Below are positions 9,574 through 19,504 of a stretch of 64,000 nucleotides of DNA, piece by piece. The stretch spans positions 2,411-66,410 of the forward strand of contig CAIVRE010000011.1 in NCBI GenBank assembly GCA_903908245.1, read 5' to 3'. Every line of letters starts with the position of its first letter. Position 1 is the stretch's first letter. A program made the position numbers and the translations under genes. The stretch comes from Candidatus Omnitrophota bacterium. GTDB lineage: Bacteria > Omnitrophota > Gorgyraeia > Zapsychrales > Fredricksoniimonadaceae. A model generated the notes under the pieces. The model worked only from the letters and a program-made list of their open reading frames with translations, did not search any database and had not been told where the DNA came from.

Positions 9574-11040
9574 TTAATTTGATGACGACGGGCCGGAGGT
9601 CTTTTTCTGGCCAACGGCTTTTTTCCAGAAATAGTCCAGGAAGGCGCCAAGTCCGTAGATCTTCCTTAAGAGATCTCCGACGCTGTGGATCGTAATGAAC
9701 ATCCGCCAGATCTGTCCTGGGCGAAGGTAGAACTCTTTCAATCCCATATCGACATAGCGGTTGATGTCCTGCGCGGTGAATTGCGGGTAAGAGACCAGGG
9801 TCCGCTGTTCGCCTTCAGGCGTGAGCCAGTCCGACCAGTCGTTGGCCAGGATATAATTATTATCTTTGGCCCATTTGTAAAGAGCCGTGCCGGGATAGGT
9901 GGCGATGCCGGTGATCTGCATGGTATCGAGCGGTAATGATTTCGCGTAATCAATGGTCGCCTGTGCGCTGGCCCCGGTTTCGCCTGGGGCTCCGACCATG
10001 AAACATCCATGGATCGTAAAGCCCAGTTTATGCGCGGTTGTGGCAAAAGTCCGGCCCATTTCGATGCTGACGCCGCCTTTGCGGATCACACGCAGTGCTT
10101 CATTGGTCCCGAATTCGAACCCTACCATCAGCATTCGGCAGTTGGACTGTTTCATCAGGGGCAGGACGCTTAGATCGGTGTTGACGCGCATATTGCATGA
10201 CCAGCCGACCTTCTTGTGGATACCGCGGCGGATGATCTCTGCGCAGACCTGTCGGACATGATCGGGGTTCGCCCCGAATGTGTCGGTCTCGAACATGATC
10301 TCGCGGATCTGTGGAAAGAGCTTGATGTCGTATTCCATTTCATCGACCACTTGAATGGCGGTGCGGTTGCGCAGGGTGTGCCCGTACATCATTTGAGGGT
10401 CGCGGCAGAAGGAACAGGCGTTGTTACATCCCCGGCCGGTCATTAATGTGAGGAAAGGATATCTTTTCCCGGCATCCGGATACCATTCCGGCTTGATCAG
10501 GTGCCAGGCAGGGAACGGAAGACCGGTTACATCCAGCGGAGGCCTGTTGGGGTTATCAATAACCCGGGTACCGTCAAACCAGGAAAGGCCTTGAATGTCA
10601 TTAAGAGCAGCGCCATCGGCCAGGTCCCGCAGGGAATAGTCGTATTCAGAGCGCAGGATATAGTCCACCACGTTCGAACCGATGTCGAAAGTGTTCCGGA
10701 CTTCTGCCGTGACATGTTGACCAACCAGGGCCACTTTACAGCCGGTAAGGCGTTTTATTTCCGCGGCTTGTTTGATGTCTGCGTAAATAGAAGGGGTGGT
10801 CGCGTGAATGACCAGCAGGTCCGGTTTAAAGCTGTGAATGGTCTTGTAGGCTTCTTCAACCGGCATGTTGCGGGCCGCGGCTTCCACGAAAATAACATCA
10901 TGCCCCTTGTTCAGAAGGACCTGGGCAGCGGTTAAAAGGTATTCGGGATGGCGCTGGACCCGGCCGCGGGACCTGGCAGCCCAGCGCGCCACGCGGACAA
11001 AGTTGTTGCCATAAGAGGGGTTAAGGATCGCGACTTTCAT
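9574..11040 (-). CDS. B12-binding (class B) radical SAM protein
   Basis: N-terminal cobalamin-binding Rossmann-like domain, radical SAM CxxxCxxC (CNNACSFC). Confidence 0.8.
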   Translation of the reverse strand: MKVAILNPSYGNNFVRVARWAARSRGRVQRHPEYLLTAAQVLLNKGHDVIFVEAAARNMPVEEAYKTIHSFKPDLLVIHATTPSIYADIKQAAEIKRLTGCKVALVGQHVTAEVRNTFDIGSNVVDYILRSEYDYSLRDLADGAALNDIQGLSWFDGTRVIDNPNRPPLDVTGLPFPAWHLIKPEWYPDAGKRYPFLTLMTGRGCNNACSFCRDPQMMYGHTLRNRTAIQVVDEMEYDIKLFPQIREIMFETDTFGANPDHVRQVCAEIIRRGIHKKVGWSCNMRVNTDLSVLPLMKQSNCRMLMVGFEFGTNEALRVIRKGGVSIEMGRTFATTAHKLGFTIHGCFMVGAPGETGASAQATIDYAKSLPLDTMQITGIATYPGTALYKWAKDNNYILANDWSDWLTPEGEQRTLVSYPQFTAQDINRYVDMGLKEFYLRPGQIWRMFITIHSVGDLLRKIYGLGAFLDYFWKKAVGQKKTSGPSSSN

Positions 11041-11099
11041 GGTTTGAATATCGTACTCGTTCCTGCTGGTTTAGGCAAATAATTAGTCAAGAATGATTG

Positions 11100-11128
11100 T
11101 TGACGCTTGGTAGGCAAATGCCTATAAT
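11100..11128 (+). promoter_or_regulatory. near-consensus sigma70 promoter for acnA (TTGACG-17-TATAAT)
   Basis: -35 TTGACG 11100-11105, 17-nt spacer, -10 TATAAT 11123-11128; GGAG RBS at 11146-11149 before ATG 11155; flanked by direct repeat TAGGCAAAT (11071-11079 and 11111-11119). Confidence 0.5.
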
Positions 11129-11154
11129 TTAACCCTTACACCAATGGAGTTAAT

Positions 11155-13851
11155 ATGAAATTCAATAAAAGAGCCCTTGTACAGCCGTTAAAGGCAGGCA
11201 ATAAGACGTTTAAGATCTATCAGCTTTCGAGGCTTGGCAAGCTTGGATTGGGGGATGTTTCCCGTTTGCCCTTTTCTATCCGTATCCTTCTTGAGAGTGC
11301 GGTCCGGAATTTTGATGATTACCAGGTCACTTTTGATGATATCAGGACCATTGCGGAATGGAAGCCTGTTAATGAGCTTAAGGAGATTGCGTTCAAACCC
11401 GGCAGGGTCATCCTGCAGGATTTTACCGGCGTTCCCTGTGTGGTTGACCTGGCGGCTATGCGTGAGCAGATGAAGCGCATGGGGGGGGATGTCAAAAAGA
11501 TCAACCCTCAGGTGCATTGCGACCTGGTCATTGACCACTCCCTTCAGGTGGATGCTTTTGGTTCGCCCAAAGCTTTTGACAAGAATGTGTCGCTTGAGTT
11601 CAAGCGGAATAAAGAGCGTTATGAGTTCCTGAAATGGGGCCAGAATACGTTCAATAATTTTCGGGTCATCCCTCCGGCTACAGGGATCATCCATCAGGTC
11701 AATCTTGAATATCTGGCTACCGGTGTTCTTCAAAAGAAAGAGGGGAAGGATATTGTCCTTTATCCCGATTCACTGGTAGGGACCGACAGTCATACGACCA
11801 TGATCAACGGGCTTGGCATTGTGGGTTGGGGTGTGGGCGGGATCGAGGCAGAGTCGGTGATGCTGGGCGAGCCTTTGTGCATGGTCATACCTGATGTGAT
11901 CGGTGTCCGGCTGACGGGCAGGATGAAGGAAGGCGTGACCGCGACCGATGTGGTGCTGACGGTCGTTGAGATGCTCAGAAAACGCGGGGTTGTTGATAAA
12001 TTTGTCGAGTTTTTCGGGCCGGGGTTGAAAGGCCTGTCTTTGGCGGACAGGGCGACTATTGCCAACATGTGCCCTGAATATGGCGCCACGATCGGTATTT
12101 TCCCGGTTGATGAGGTCACGCTTGATTATTACAGGCTGACTGGCCGTGTGAAAGAGGCCGTGACCCTTGAGGCATATTCCAGGGCGCAGGGGCTTTTTGA
12201 CCCTTATAAGAAGAATGAGCCGGTTTTTACAGATCTTTTAACACTTGATATCAATACTGTTCAGCCTTGCCTCTCAGGCCCCAAGCGCCCGCAGGACCGT
12301 GTGCTTTTGTCGGATCTGAAGGACGGGTTTACGCAGTCTCTTTCAATGCCGGCGGGGAATAAAGGTTTTGGGTTGCCGCCGGAGGCTTTAGGGAAAGAAG
12401 AGCTTGTTGCCGGGAGTAAAGATGCTATTACGCATGGAAGCGTGGTGTTGGCTGCGATCACCAGTTGTACGAATACATCCAATCCTTCCGTGTTGATCGG
12501 GGCGGGGTTGCTGGCGAAGAACGCTGTTGCCAGGGGGCTCAAGGTCAGGAAGTTTGTCAAGACTTCGCTTACGCCCGGCTCGCAGGTGGTCGATGAATAT
12601 TTGACGAAAAGCGGGCTGATGTCCTCGCTTGAGGCTTTGGGGTTCCATAATGTCGGCTATGGTTGTGCGACATGTATCGGCAACAGCGGGCCCTTGCCGG
12701 AGCCGGTGGCTTTGGCGATCGAGAAAGGATGCCTGATCGCGGCCAGTGTTACGTCGGGCAATCGCAATTTTGAAGGGCGCATCAATCCGCATGTAAAGGC
12801 CAATTATCTGGCTTCTCCATTGTTGGTTGTTGCTTTCGCACTGGCCGGGACGGTCAATATTGACCTGTCCACAGAATCTGTCGGTAAGGATAAGGCCGGG
12901 AACGCTGTTTATCTTCGTGATATCTGGCCGACACAGGATGAGGTGTCTGAATTGACCCGGAAGTTTGTAACACCCGGGGCTTTTAAAGGCCGTTATGCCC
13001 GTGCAGTCAAAGGGAACAGGGACTGGGCGGCGATCAAAACGATCAAGAGTGAGCTGTACCGTTGGAATAAGAAGAGCTCTTATATCCAGGAACCTCCGTA
13101 TTTTGAGGGAATGCTTAACGGCCCAAGGGTGGTTGAAGATATCAAGAACGCCCGGGCCCTGGTGATGGTGGGGGATTCGATCACGACCGATCATATCTCG
13201 CCGGCCGGGAATATTTCTGTCAGGAGTCCCGCGGGAGAGTATTTGATGTCCCTTGGGGTCGAGGCAAACGATTTTAACAGTTATGGCGCGCGCCGCGGCA
13301 ACGACCGTGTGATGAGCCGCGGGACATTTGCCAATATTCGTCTGAAAAACATGCTTGCGCCCGGAACGGAAGGCTCCTGGACCACGCACATTCCGTCCGG
13401 CCAGAAAACAAGTATTTTTGATGCTTCGGTGCGGTATAGAAAAGAAGGCGTTGCGCTGATCGGAATCGCCGGCAAGGAATATGGAACGGGTTCAAGCCGC
13501 GACTGGGCGGCCAAGGGGCCGGCGTTATTGGGGATCAGGGCTGTTATTGCGGAAAGTTTTGAACGCATTCATCGCAGCAATCTGGCCGGAATGGGAATTA
13601 TGCCGCTGCAGTTCAAGCCGGGGGAGAACGCGCAGGCCCTGGGATTGACCGGACAGGAATTGTTCGATATCCTCGGCCTTGATGAAGGGTTGAAGCCTCG
13701 CCGGGAGTTGACCGTCAGGGCAGTATCTTCCGATGGCGTAAAGAAAGAATTTAAAGTGACCGTAAGGCTCGACACGCCTGTTGAGGTTAACTATTACCGT
13801 AACGGCGGTATTTTGCAGACGGTATTGGGGAAGTTAAATGGAGGATCTTGA
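11155..13851 (+). CDS. acnA: aconitate hydratase A
   Basis: 898 aa aconitase/IRP family with Fe-S cluster ligand regions ([16 protein letters not shown]) and swivel domain. Confidence 0.9.
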   Translation: MKFNKRALVQPLKAGNKTFKIYQLSRLGKLGLGDVSRLPFSIRILLESAVRNFDDYQVTFDDIRTIAEWKPVNELKEIAFKPGRVILQDFTGVPCVVDLAAMREQMKRMGGDVKKINPQVHCDLVIDHSLQVDAFGSPKAFDKNVSLEFKRNKERYEFLKWGQNTFNNFRVIPPATGIIHQVNLEYLATGVLQKKEGKDIVLYPDSLVGTDSHTTMINGLGIVGWGVGGIEAESVMLGEPLCMVIPDVIGVRLTGRMKEGVTATDVVLTVVEMLRKRGVVDKFVEFFGPGLKGLSLADRATIANMCPEYGATIGIFPVDEVTLDYYRLTGRVKEAVTLEAYSRAQGLFDPYKKNEPVFTDLLTLDINTVQPCLSGPKRPQDRVLLSDLKDGFTQSLSMPAGNKGFGLPPEALGKEELVAGSKDAITHGSVVLAAITSCTNTSNPSVLIGAGLLAKNAVARGLKVRKFVKTSLTPGSQVVDEYLTKSGLMSSLEALGFHNVGYGCATCIGNSGPLPEPVALAIEKGCLIAASVTSGNRNFEGRINPHVKANYLASPLLVVAFALAGTVNIDLSTESVGKDKAGNAVYLRDIWPTQDEVSELTRKFVTPGAFKGRYARAVKGNRDWAAIKTIKSELYRWNKKSSYIQEPPYFEGMLNGPRVVEDIKNARALVMVGDSITTDHISPAGNISVRSPAGEYLMSLGVEANDFNSYGARRGNDRVMSRGTFANIRLKNMLAPGTEGSWTTHIPSGQKTSIFDASVRYRKEGVALIGIAGKEYGTGSSRDWAAKGPALLGIRAVIAESFERIHRSNLAGMGIMPLQFKPGENAQALGLTGQELFDILGLDEGLKPRRELTVRAVSSDGVKKEFKVTVRLDTPVEVNYYRNGGILQTVLGKLNGGS

Positions 13852-13852
13852 A

Positions 13853-15268
13853 ATGCCGAAGACAATGTACCAGAAGATCTGGGACGCGCATGTGGTGAAC
13901 GAAGGGGAGAATGGTGCGGCCGCGCTCATTTATGTTGATCGCCATTTGATCCATGAAGTGACCAGCCCCCAGGCGTTCGATGGGCTGCGTGTTGCCGGGC
14001 GAAAGGCGCGTTGTCCGAAAAAAACATTTGCCACGATGGATCATAATGTTCCGACGAGAAGCAGGGACCTGGCGCTGGCCGGAGAAGCTTCCCGCCTTCA
14101 GATAACCCAGCTTCAGAAGAATTGCGCGGAGTTCGGGATAAAGTGTTTTGATCTTGCGGATGAAGACCAGGGGGTGGTCCATATCATTGGGCCCGAGCTT
14201 GGCATTACTCAGCCGGGGATGGTCATCGTTTGCGGAGATTCCCATACGGCGACCCATGGCGCTTTCGGTTCACTCGCATTCGGGATCGGGACATCCGAGG
14301 TGGAGCATGTTCTGTCCACCCAGACGCTGCAGCAGAAAATATCGAAGACCATGCTGATCAATGTCAACGGCCGGCTGGACAACGGAGTGACCCCGAAGGA
14401 TGTTATTTTATATATTATCGGCCTTATCGGCACCGCAGGGGCAACGGGGTATGTGATCGAATACGCCGGGTCAACGATTGCGGATATGTCCATGGAGGGC
14501 CGGATGACCGTTTGCAACATGTCGATCGAGGCGGGTGCGCGGGGGGGGATGATCGCTCCCGATGAAGTCACGTATACGTATTTGCAGGGAAGAGACTATT
14601 CTCCCAAGGGGAAGAACTGGGTCAATGCGGTCGCTTACTGGAAAACACTTAAAAGTGATGTGGGCGCAAAATTCGATAAAGTGATCAATATCAAGGCCGA
14701 AGCGATTGCGCCGCAGGTGACCTGGGGGACAAGTCCTGGTCAGGTGGTGAATGTTGACGCCGCGGTCCCCGCGCCTGAAAGTTTCAAGGATCCTGTGGCG
14801 CAATCCGCCGCCAGGAATGCTTTGAAATATATGGACCTCAAGGCCGGCATTAAAATGACGGATATCAGGATCGATGTTGTTTTTATCGGGTCCTGTACGA
14901 ACGGGCGTATTGAAGATCTGCGTGCGGCGTCCGTTGTTGTCAAAGGCAAGGAAGTTGCTCAAGGCGTTCAGGCGATCATTGTTCCCGGTTCCGGACGGGT
15001 GAAACGCCAGGCAGAGAAGGAAGGCCTGGACAAGGTCTTTATTGCCGCCGGGTTTGAATGGCGTCACGCGGGTTGTTCCATGTGTCTCGCCATGAATGAC
15101 GACCAGTTGACGCCCGGTCAGCGCTGCGCCGCCACGTCGAACCGTAATTTTGAGGGCCGTCAAGGCCCCGGCGGGCGAACTCATCTTGTCGGCCCCGAAA
15201 TGGCGGCGGCCGCGGCTATTACGGGCCGGATCACGGACATCAGAGAATTCATGAAGAGAGGAAAATAA
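13853..15268 (+). CDS. leuC: 3-isopropylmalate dehydratase large subunit
   Basis: Start taken at [13 protein letters not shown] (canonical LeuC N-terminus) 1 nt after acnA stop; aconitase-family catalytic domain. Confidence 0.9.
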   Translation: MPKTMYQKIWDAHVVNEGENGAAALIYVDRHLIHEVTSPQAFDGLRVAGRKARCPKKTFATMDHNVPTRSRDLALAGEASRLQITQLQKNCAEFGIKCFDLADEDQGVVHIIGPELGITQPGMVIVCGDSHTATHGAFGSLAFGIGTSEVEHVLSTQTLQQKISKTMLINVNGRLDNGVTPKDVILYIIGLIGTAGATGYVIEYAGSTIADMSMEGRMTVCNMSIEAGARGGMIAPDEVTYTYLQGRDYSPKGKNWVNAVAYWKTLKSDVGAKFDKVINIKAEAIAPQVTWGTSPGQVVNVDAAVPAPESFKDPVAQSAARNALKYMDLKAGIKMTDIRIDVVFIGSCTNGRIEDLRAASVVVKGKEVAQGVQAIIVPGSGRVKRQAEKEGLDKVFIAAGFEWRHAGCSMCLAMNDDQLTPGQRCAATSNRNFEGRQGPGGRTHLVGPEMAAAAAITGRITDIREFMKRGK

Positions 15269-15270
15269 CA

Positions 15271-15882
15271 ATGACCCCTTTTACGATGCTCACGGGCGTT
15301 GCCGCGCCGTTGGACCGTTCCAATGTGGATACCGATGCCATCATCCCCAAGCAGTTCCTGAGGAAGATCGAGCGAACCGGTTTTGGCAAACATTTGTTCC
15401 ATGAGTGGCGGTTCACCGACTATGAAGGCACCAAAGAGAACCCGGACTTTATCCTTAATAAAGAGCCTTTTCGCAGGGCGCCTATTCTTTTGGCCCGGGA
15501 CAATTTTGGTTGTGGATCTTCGCGAGAACATGCGCCCTGGGCGCTGTACGATCATGGTTTTCGCTGCATCATCGCGCCGAGCTTTGCCGATATCTTTTAT
15601 AACAATTGCATCAAGAACGGCATTCTTCTGGTCACGCTCAAATCCGATGAAGTGGACGAACTTTTCGCCGTATCCGCCTTTGGCGCTTCGGGGTTGATCG
15701 CGGTCGACCTGGAGAAGCAGGTGGTCAATGCGGCGGGGAAGAAATTTCATTTCAAGATCGACGCATTTAATAAAGAATGCCTTCTCAAAGGCCTTGACCA
15801 GATCGGCTGGTCATTGCAGTTCGCCGGAAAGATCGACGAGTACGAGGCAGCGCTTGCGGCACAAAAGCCATGGGTGATATGA
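15271..15882 (+). CDS. leuD: 3-isopropylmalate dehydratase small subunit
   Basis: 203 aa aconitase swivel-domain protein immediately after leuC. Confidence 0.9.
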   Translation: MTPFTMLTGVAAPLDRSNVDTDAIIPKQFLRKIERTGFGKHLFHEWRFTDYEGTKENPDFILNKEPFRRAPILLARDNFGCGSSREHAPWALYDHGFRCIIAPSFADIFYNNCIKNGILLVTLKSDEVDELFAVSAFGASGLIAVDLEKQVVNAAGKKFHFKIDAFNKECLLKGLDQIGWSLQFAGKIDEYEAALAAQKPWVI

Positions 15883-17561
15883 GCCCGAAGGCTATTCGTA
15901 CGCATTCCAGTATCGTTGTCGACGGCAAGGGCCGCGCGCCTAACCGGTCGATGCTGCGTGCCGTGGGGTTCAAGACCGCGGATTTTCAAAAGCCGCAGGT
16001 GGGTGTAGCCTCGACCTGGAGCATGGTCACTCCCTGCAATATGCATATCGACGCCCTGGCCCGCGAATCCGAGAAAGGCGTGAATGCTTCCGGTGGTAAA
16101 GCGGTCATCTTTAATACCATTACGGTCTCTGACGCCATTGGTATGGGGACCGAGGGCATGAAATATTCGCTGGTTTCCCGCGAGGTCATTGCGGATTCTA
16201 TTGAAACGGTGGCCGGTTGTGAAGGGTTCGACGGTGTTGTTGCCATCGGCGGCTGCGACAAGAATATGCCAGGGTGTATCATGGCCATGGCTCGGCTCAA
16301 TCGTCCTGCGGTGTTCGTTTATGGCGGGACGATCATGCCGGGCCGGCATAAGGGCAGGAATGTGGATATTGTCTCTGTGTTCGAAGCGGTAGGGGCCAAT
16401 GCGAACCGCCAGATCTCCGACAGGGAGTTGAATGATATCGAGTGTGCCGCGATCCCCGGCCCGGGGTCTTGCGGCGGGATGTACACGGCCAACACGATGG
16501 CTTCGGCCATAGAGGCGCTCGGAATGTCGCTTCCGGGAAGTTCTTCCCAGGCGGCGATCTCGCCGGAAAAGAATACGGATTGCCGTTCGGCGGGAAAGGC
16601 GGTCGTGAACCTGATCGCCAGGGGGATACGCCCTCGCGATATCATGACCCGCAAGGCATTTGAAAATGCCATTACTGTCGTGATGGCCCTGGGCGGTTCA
16701 ACGAATGCCGTCCTTCATTTACTGGCGATCGCGCACAGCATTGGCGTAAAACTTTCTATTGACGATTTTACATTGATCGGCCGGCGTGTGCCGGTATTGG
16801 CGGACCTTAAACCCAGCGGCCGTTTCATGATGGCAGAACTTGCCGCGATCGGGGGGGCCGTGCCACTGATGAAGATGCTGCTCGAGAAGGGACTTTTGCA
16901 CGGGGATTGCCTTACGGTCACGGGCAAGACCCTTCGGGAGAATCTGAGGCTGGTCAATCCTTATCCTCAGGGGCAGGCGATCATCCGTCCGTTCAGTGAT
17001 CCGGTCAAGCCGACGGGGCATCTGGTGATCCTTTACGGGAATCTGGCCGGGACGGGGGCTGTTGCCAAGATCTCGGGGAAGGAAGGCGAAGCCTTCCGCG
17101 GAAAGGCGATCGTGTTTGATTCCGAAGAACGCGCGCTCAAGGCGATCCTCGGCGGGAAAGTTAAAAAAGGGCATGTTGTCGTTATCCGTTATGAGGGGCC
17201 GAGGGGCGGCCCGGGTATGCGCGAAATGCTGGCACCTACCTCCGCTATTATGGGCCGTGGCTTGGGAAAAGATGTCGCCCTGATCACGGACGGGCGGTTC
17301 TCCGGCGGAAGCCACGGTTTCGTTGTCGGGCATATTACCCCCGAAGCTTTTGTTGGCGGAACGCTTGCTATCATTAAAAACAACGATACAATAATTATTG
17401 ACGCAATAAAAAGAACGATCGATGTCGGGATATCCAAATCCGAGATCGTCCGGAGGCTGAAGGCCTGGCGTGCTCCCAGGCCGCGGTATACGCGCGGTGT
17501 CCTGGCAAAATACGCGAAGTGTGTGGCTTCAGCTCATTTGGGCGCGGTAACAGACCTTTAA
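15879..17561 (+). CDS. ilvD: dihydroxy-acid dehydratase
   Basis: IlvD/EDD family; start MSPKAIRTH overlaps leuD stop in ATGA; CGxC Fe-S motifs. Confidence 0.9.
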   Translation: MSPKAIRTHSSIVVDGKGRAPNRSMLRAVGFKTADFQKPQVGVASTWSMVTPCNMHIDALARESEKGVNASGGKAVIFNTITVSDAIGMGTEGMKYSLVSREVIADSIETVAGCEGFDGVVAIGGCDKNMPGCIMAMARLNRPAVFVYGGTIMPGRHKGRNVDIVSVFEAVGANANRQISDRELNDIECAAIPGPGSCGGMYTANTMASAIEALGMSLPGSSSQAAISPEKNTDCRSAGKAVVNLIARGIRPRDIMTRKAFENAITVVMALGGSTNAVLHLLAIAHSIGVKLSIDDFTLIGRRVPVLADLKPSGRFMMAELAAIGGAVPLMKMLLEKGLLHGDCLTVTGKTLRENLRLVNPYPQGQAIIRPFSDPVKPTGHLVILYGNLAGTGAVAKISGKEGEAFRGKAIVFDSEERALKAILGGKVKKGHVVVIRYEGPRGGPGMREMLAPTSAIMGRGLGKDVALITDGRFSGGSHGFVVGHITPEAFVGGTLAIIKNNDTIIIDAIKRTIDVGISKSEIVRRLKAWRAPRPRYTRGVLAKYAKCVASAHLGAVTDL

Positions 17562-17573
17562 TCAAGGCGGGCT

Positions 17574-18641
17574 ATGGCAGGGAACACCTTTGGTCAGATC
17601 TTTAAAGTTACGACTTTTGGCGAAAGCCACGGAGCGGGGATCGGGTGTGTGATCGACGGAGTTCCGCCGGGCATGCCTCTTTCGGCGGAAGATATCCAGC
17701 AAGACCTTGACCGCCGTAAACCGGGCCAGAGTGAAGTCACGACCCGGCGCAAGGAAAGCGATATCGTCGAGGTCCTTTCCGGCGTTTTTGAAGGCAAGTC
17801 AACCGGCGCGCCTGTGGCATTGTTGATCCGTAATGCCGATCAGCATCCCGGGGATTATGACAACATTAAAGACATTTTCCGTCCGGGGCATGCGGATCAT
17901 ACTTTCTTTCAGAAGTTCGGTCTTCGCGATCATCGGGGCGGAGGGCGTTCGTCCGGCCGTGAGACCGCAGCCCGTGTTGCGGCCGGGGCCATTGCCAAAA
18001 AGATCATTGCGCAAGCGGGCGTGAAGGTTACGGCGTACACTCTCTCCATCGGGGACGTTTGCGTTAAAGATATTGACCTGTCTGTTATTGAAAAGAATAT
18101 TATGCGTGCGCCCGATCTTGTGGCGGCTGCAGCAATGGTCAAGGCTGTTTCTGCTGCCAGGGATGAAGGCGATTCTCTCGGGGGTGTTATCGAGGTCCTG
18201 ATCGAAGGCTGTCCTGCCGGCCTGGGAGACCCTGTTTTTGACAAACTTGAAGCGTGCCTCGCGCATGCCATGATGTCGATCGGCGCTGTCAAAGGTATCG
18301 AATTTGGCGCCGGGTTCAATGCCGCCGCTAAAAAGGGGTCGCAAAACAACGACGAGGTTGTTGTCAAGGATGGCGCGATGGCGACTCGCCATAACTTCGC
18401 GGGTGGCGTTTCAGGCGGGATATCCAACGGGGAGCCTGTTGTCCTGCGGGTCGCTGTCAAGCCGACGTCGTCTATTGCGAAAAAACAGCGGTCCCTGAAC
18501 AAGGATATGGTCATGACGGATATCGAGATCAAGGGCCGCCATGATCCGTGCCTGTGCCCGAGGGTGGTCCCGGTAACAGAAGCCATGGCCGCACTGGTCA
18601 TCGCTGACCGCTTGCTGATCCAGCGAACATTAGGACGATAA
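17574..18641 (+). CDS. aroC: chorismate synthase
   Basis: 355 aa; canonical AroC N-terminus GxxFxxTTFGESHG. Confidence 0.9.
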   Translation: MAGNTFGQIFKVTTFGESHGAGIGCVIDGVPPGMPLSAEDIQQDLDRRKPGQSEVTTRRKESDIVEVLSGVFEGKSTGAPVALLIRNADQHPGDYDNIKDIFRPGHADHTFFQKFGLRDHRGGGRSSGRETAARVAAGAIAKKIIAQAGVKVTAYTLSIGDVCVKDIDLSVIEKNIMRAPDLVAAAAMVKAVSAARDEGDSLGGVIEVLIEGCPAGLGDPVFDKLEACLAHAMMSIGAVKGIEFGAGFNAAAKKGSQNNDEVVVKDGAMATRHNFAGGVSGGISNGEPVVLRVAVKPTSSIAKKQRSLNKDMVMTDIEIKGRHDPCLCPRVVPVTEAMAALVIADRLLIQRTLGR

Positions 18642-18646
18642 CTTCA

Positions 18647-19504
18647 ATGTCAACACCCAAGATCATCCTGATCACCGGCTGTTCCAGTGGTTTCGGGTTG
18701 CTTACGGCCGCCCGACTTGCGTCGAGCGGGCATAAGGTTTATGCCACCATGCGCGATCCGGGCAAGAAAGAATTCCTGGAGATCGAGACAGCCGCTCGTG
18801 GCGGAGAAAAGAGACTTAATATCCTTGCAATGGACGTTTCAAGGCCCGATACCATCAAGGCGGCGGTCAAAGAGATCGTGGCGCGCGAAGGGGTCATCGA
18901 TGTCCTTGTCAATAATGCCGGTTTCGGCATCGGCGGTTTTTTTGAAGACCTCAGCGATGCGGACTGGCGCGCTCAATATGATGTGAATTTCTTCGGGGTT
19001 CTCAATGTTACTCGTGAGGTGCTTCCCATCATGCGGCCGAGGCAGAAGGGCCTGGTCATTAACATTTCCAGCATGGCGGCTTTTTCCGGTACGCCGGCGT
19101 TCGGCGCGTACTGTTCAAGCAAGTTCGCGCTGGAGGGTTTTAGTGAATGCCTTTATATGGAGCTTCGTCCCCACGGGATCAGGGTGGCGCTCGTTGAGCC
19201 CGGGTCCTATCGTACCAAGATATTTGAAGAGAATGCCCGTTACGCGTCGCGGTTCTTTGATGCCGACAGCCCGTATTTCTCCTGGAGTCAGCGCCTGAAG
19301 CTTATGGTGGACCAGCATGCCCGCGCCAATCACCGTGACCCTGAAGAAGTGGCGGCGGAGATCGAGGCGATCATTGACAGCCCCGCCCCTTCGTTCCGCA
19401 ATATTGTCGGGTTCCGGTCCAGGGTCCGTTACTGGTTCGTGCGCCATATCCCTTTTAAATTCTACGCCTGGATGGTCGACCTGGCCCTGCCTTCCAATGC
19501 TTAA
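18647..19504 (+). CDS. short-chain dehydrogenase/reductase (SDR)
   Basis: TGCSSGFG NAD(P)-binding motif, YxxxK active site. Confidence 0.8.
   Translation: MSTPKIILITGCSSGFGLLTAARLASSGHKVYATMRDPGKKEFLEIETAARGGEKRLNILAMDVSRPDTIKAAVKEIVAREGVIDVLVNNAGFGIGGFFEDLSDADWRAQYDVNFFGVLNVTREVLPIMRPRQKGLVINISSMAAFSGTPAFGAYCSSKFALEGFSECLYMELRPHGIRVALVEPGSYRTKIFEENARYASRFFDADSPYFSWSQRLKLMVDQHARANHRDPEEVAAEIEAIIDSPAPSFRNIVGFRSRVRYWFVRHIPFKFYAWMVDLALPSNA

Noticed and set aside
12388-13389. 333-aa minus-strand ORF inside acnA
   Set aside because: Shadow ORF antisense to a highly conserved aconitase gene, with an Arg/Pro-rich translation.
14471-15750. 266-aa and 189-aa minus-strand ORFs inside leuC/leuD
   Set aside because: Antisense to conserved LeuC/LeuD, with no motifs.
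19317-19496. ORF-track N-terminal extension of the patatin gene
   Set aside because: It overlaps the SDR gene by ~190 nt. The internal ATG at 19497 overlaps the SDR stop and precedes the cNMP-binding domain.
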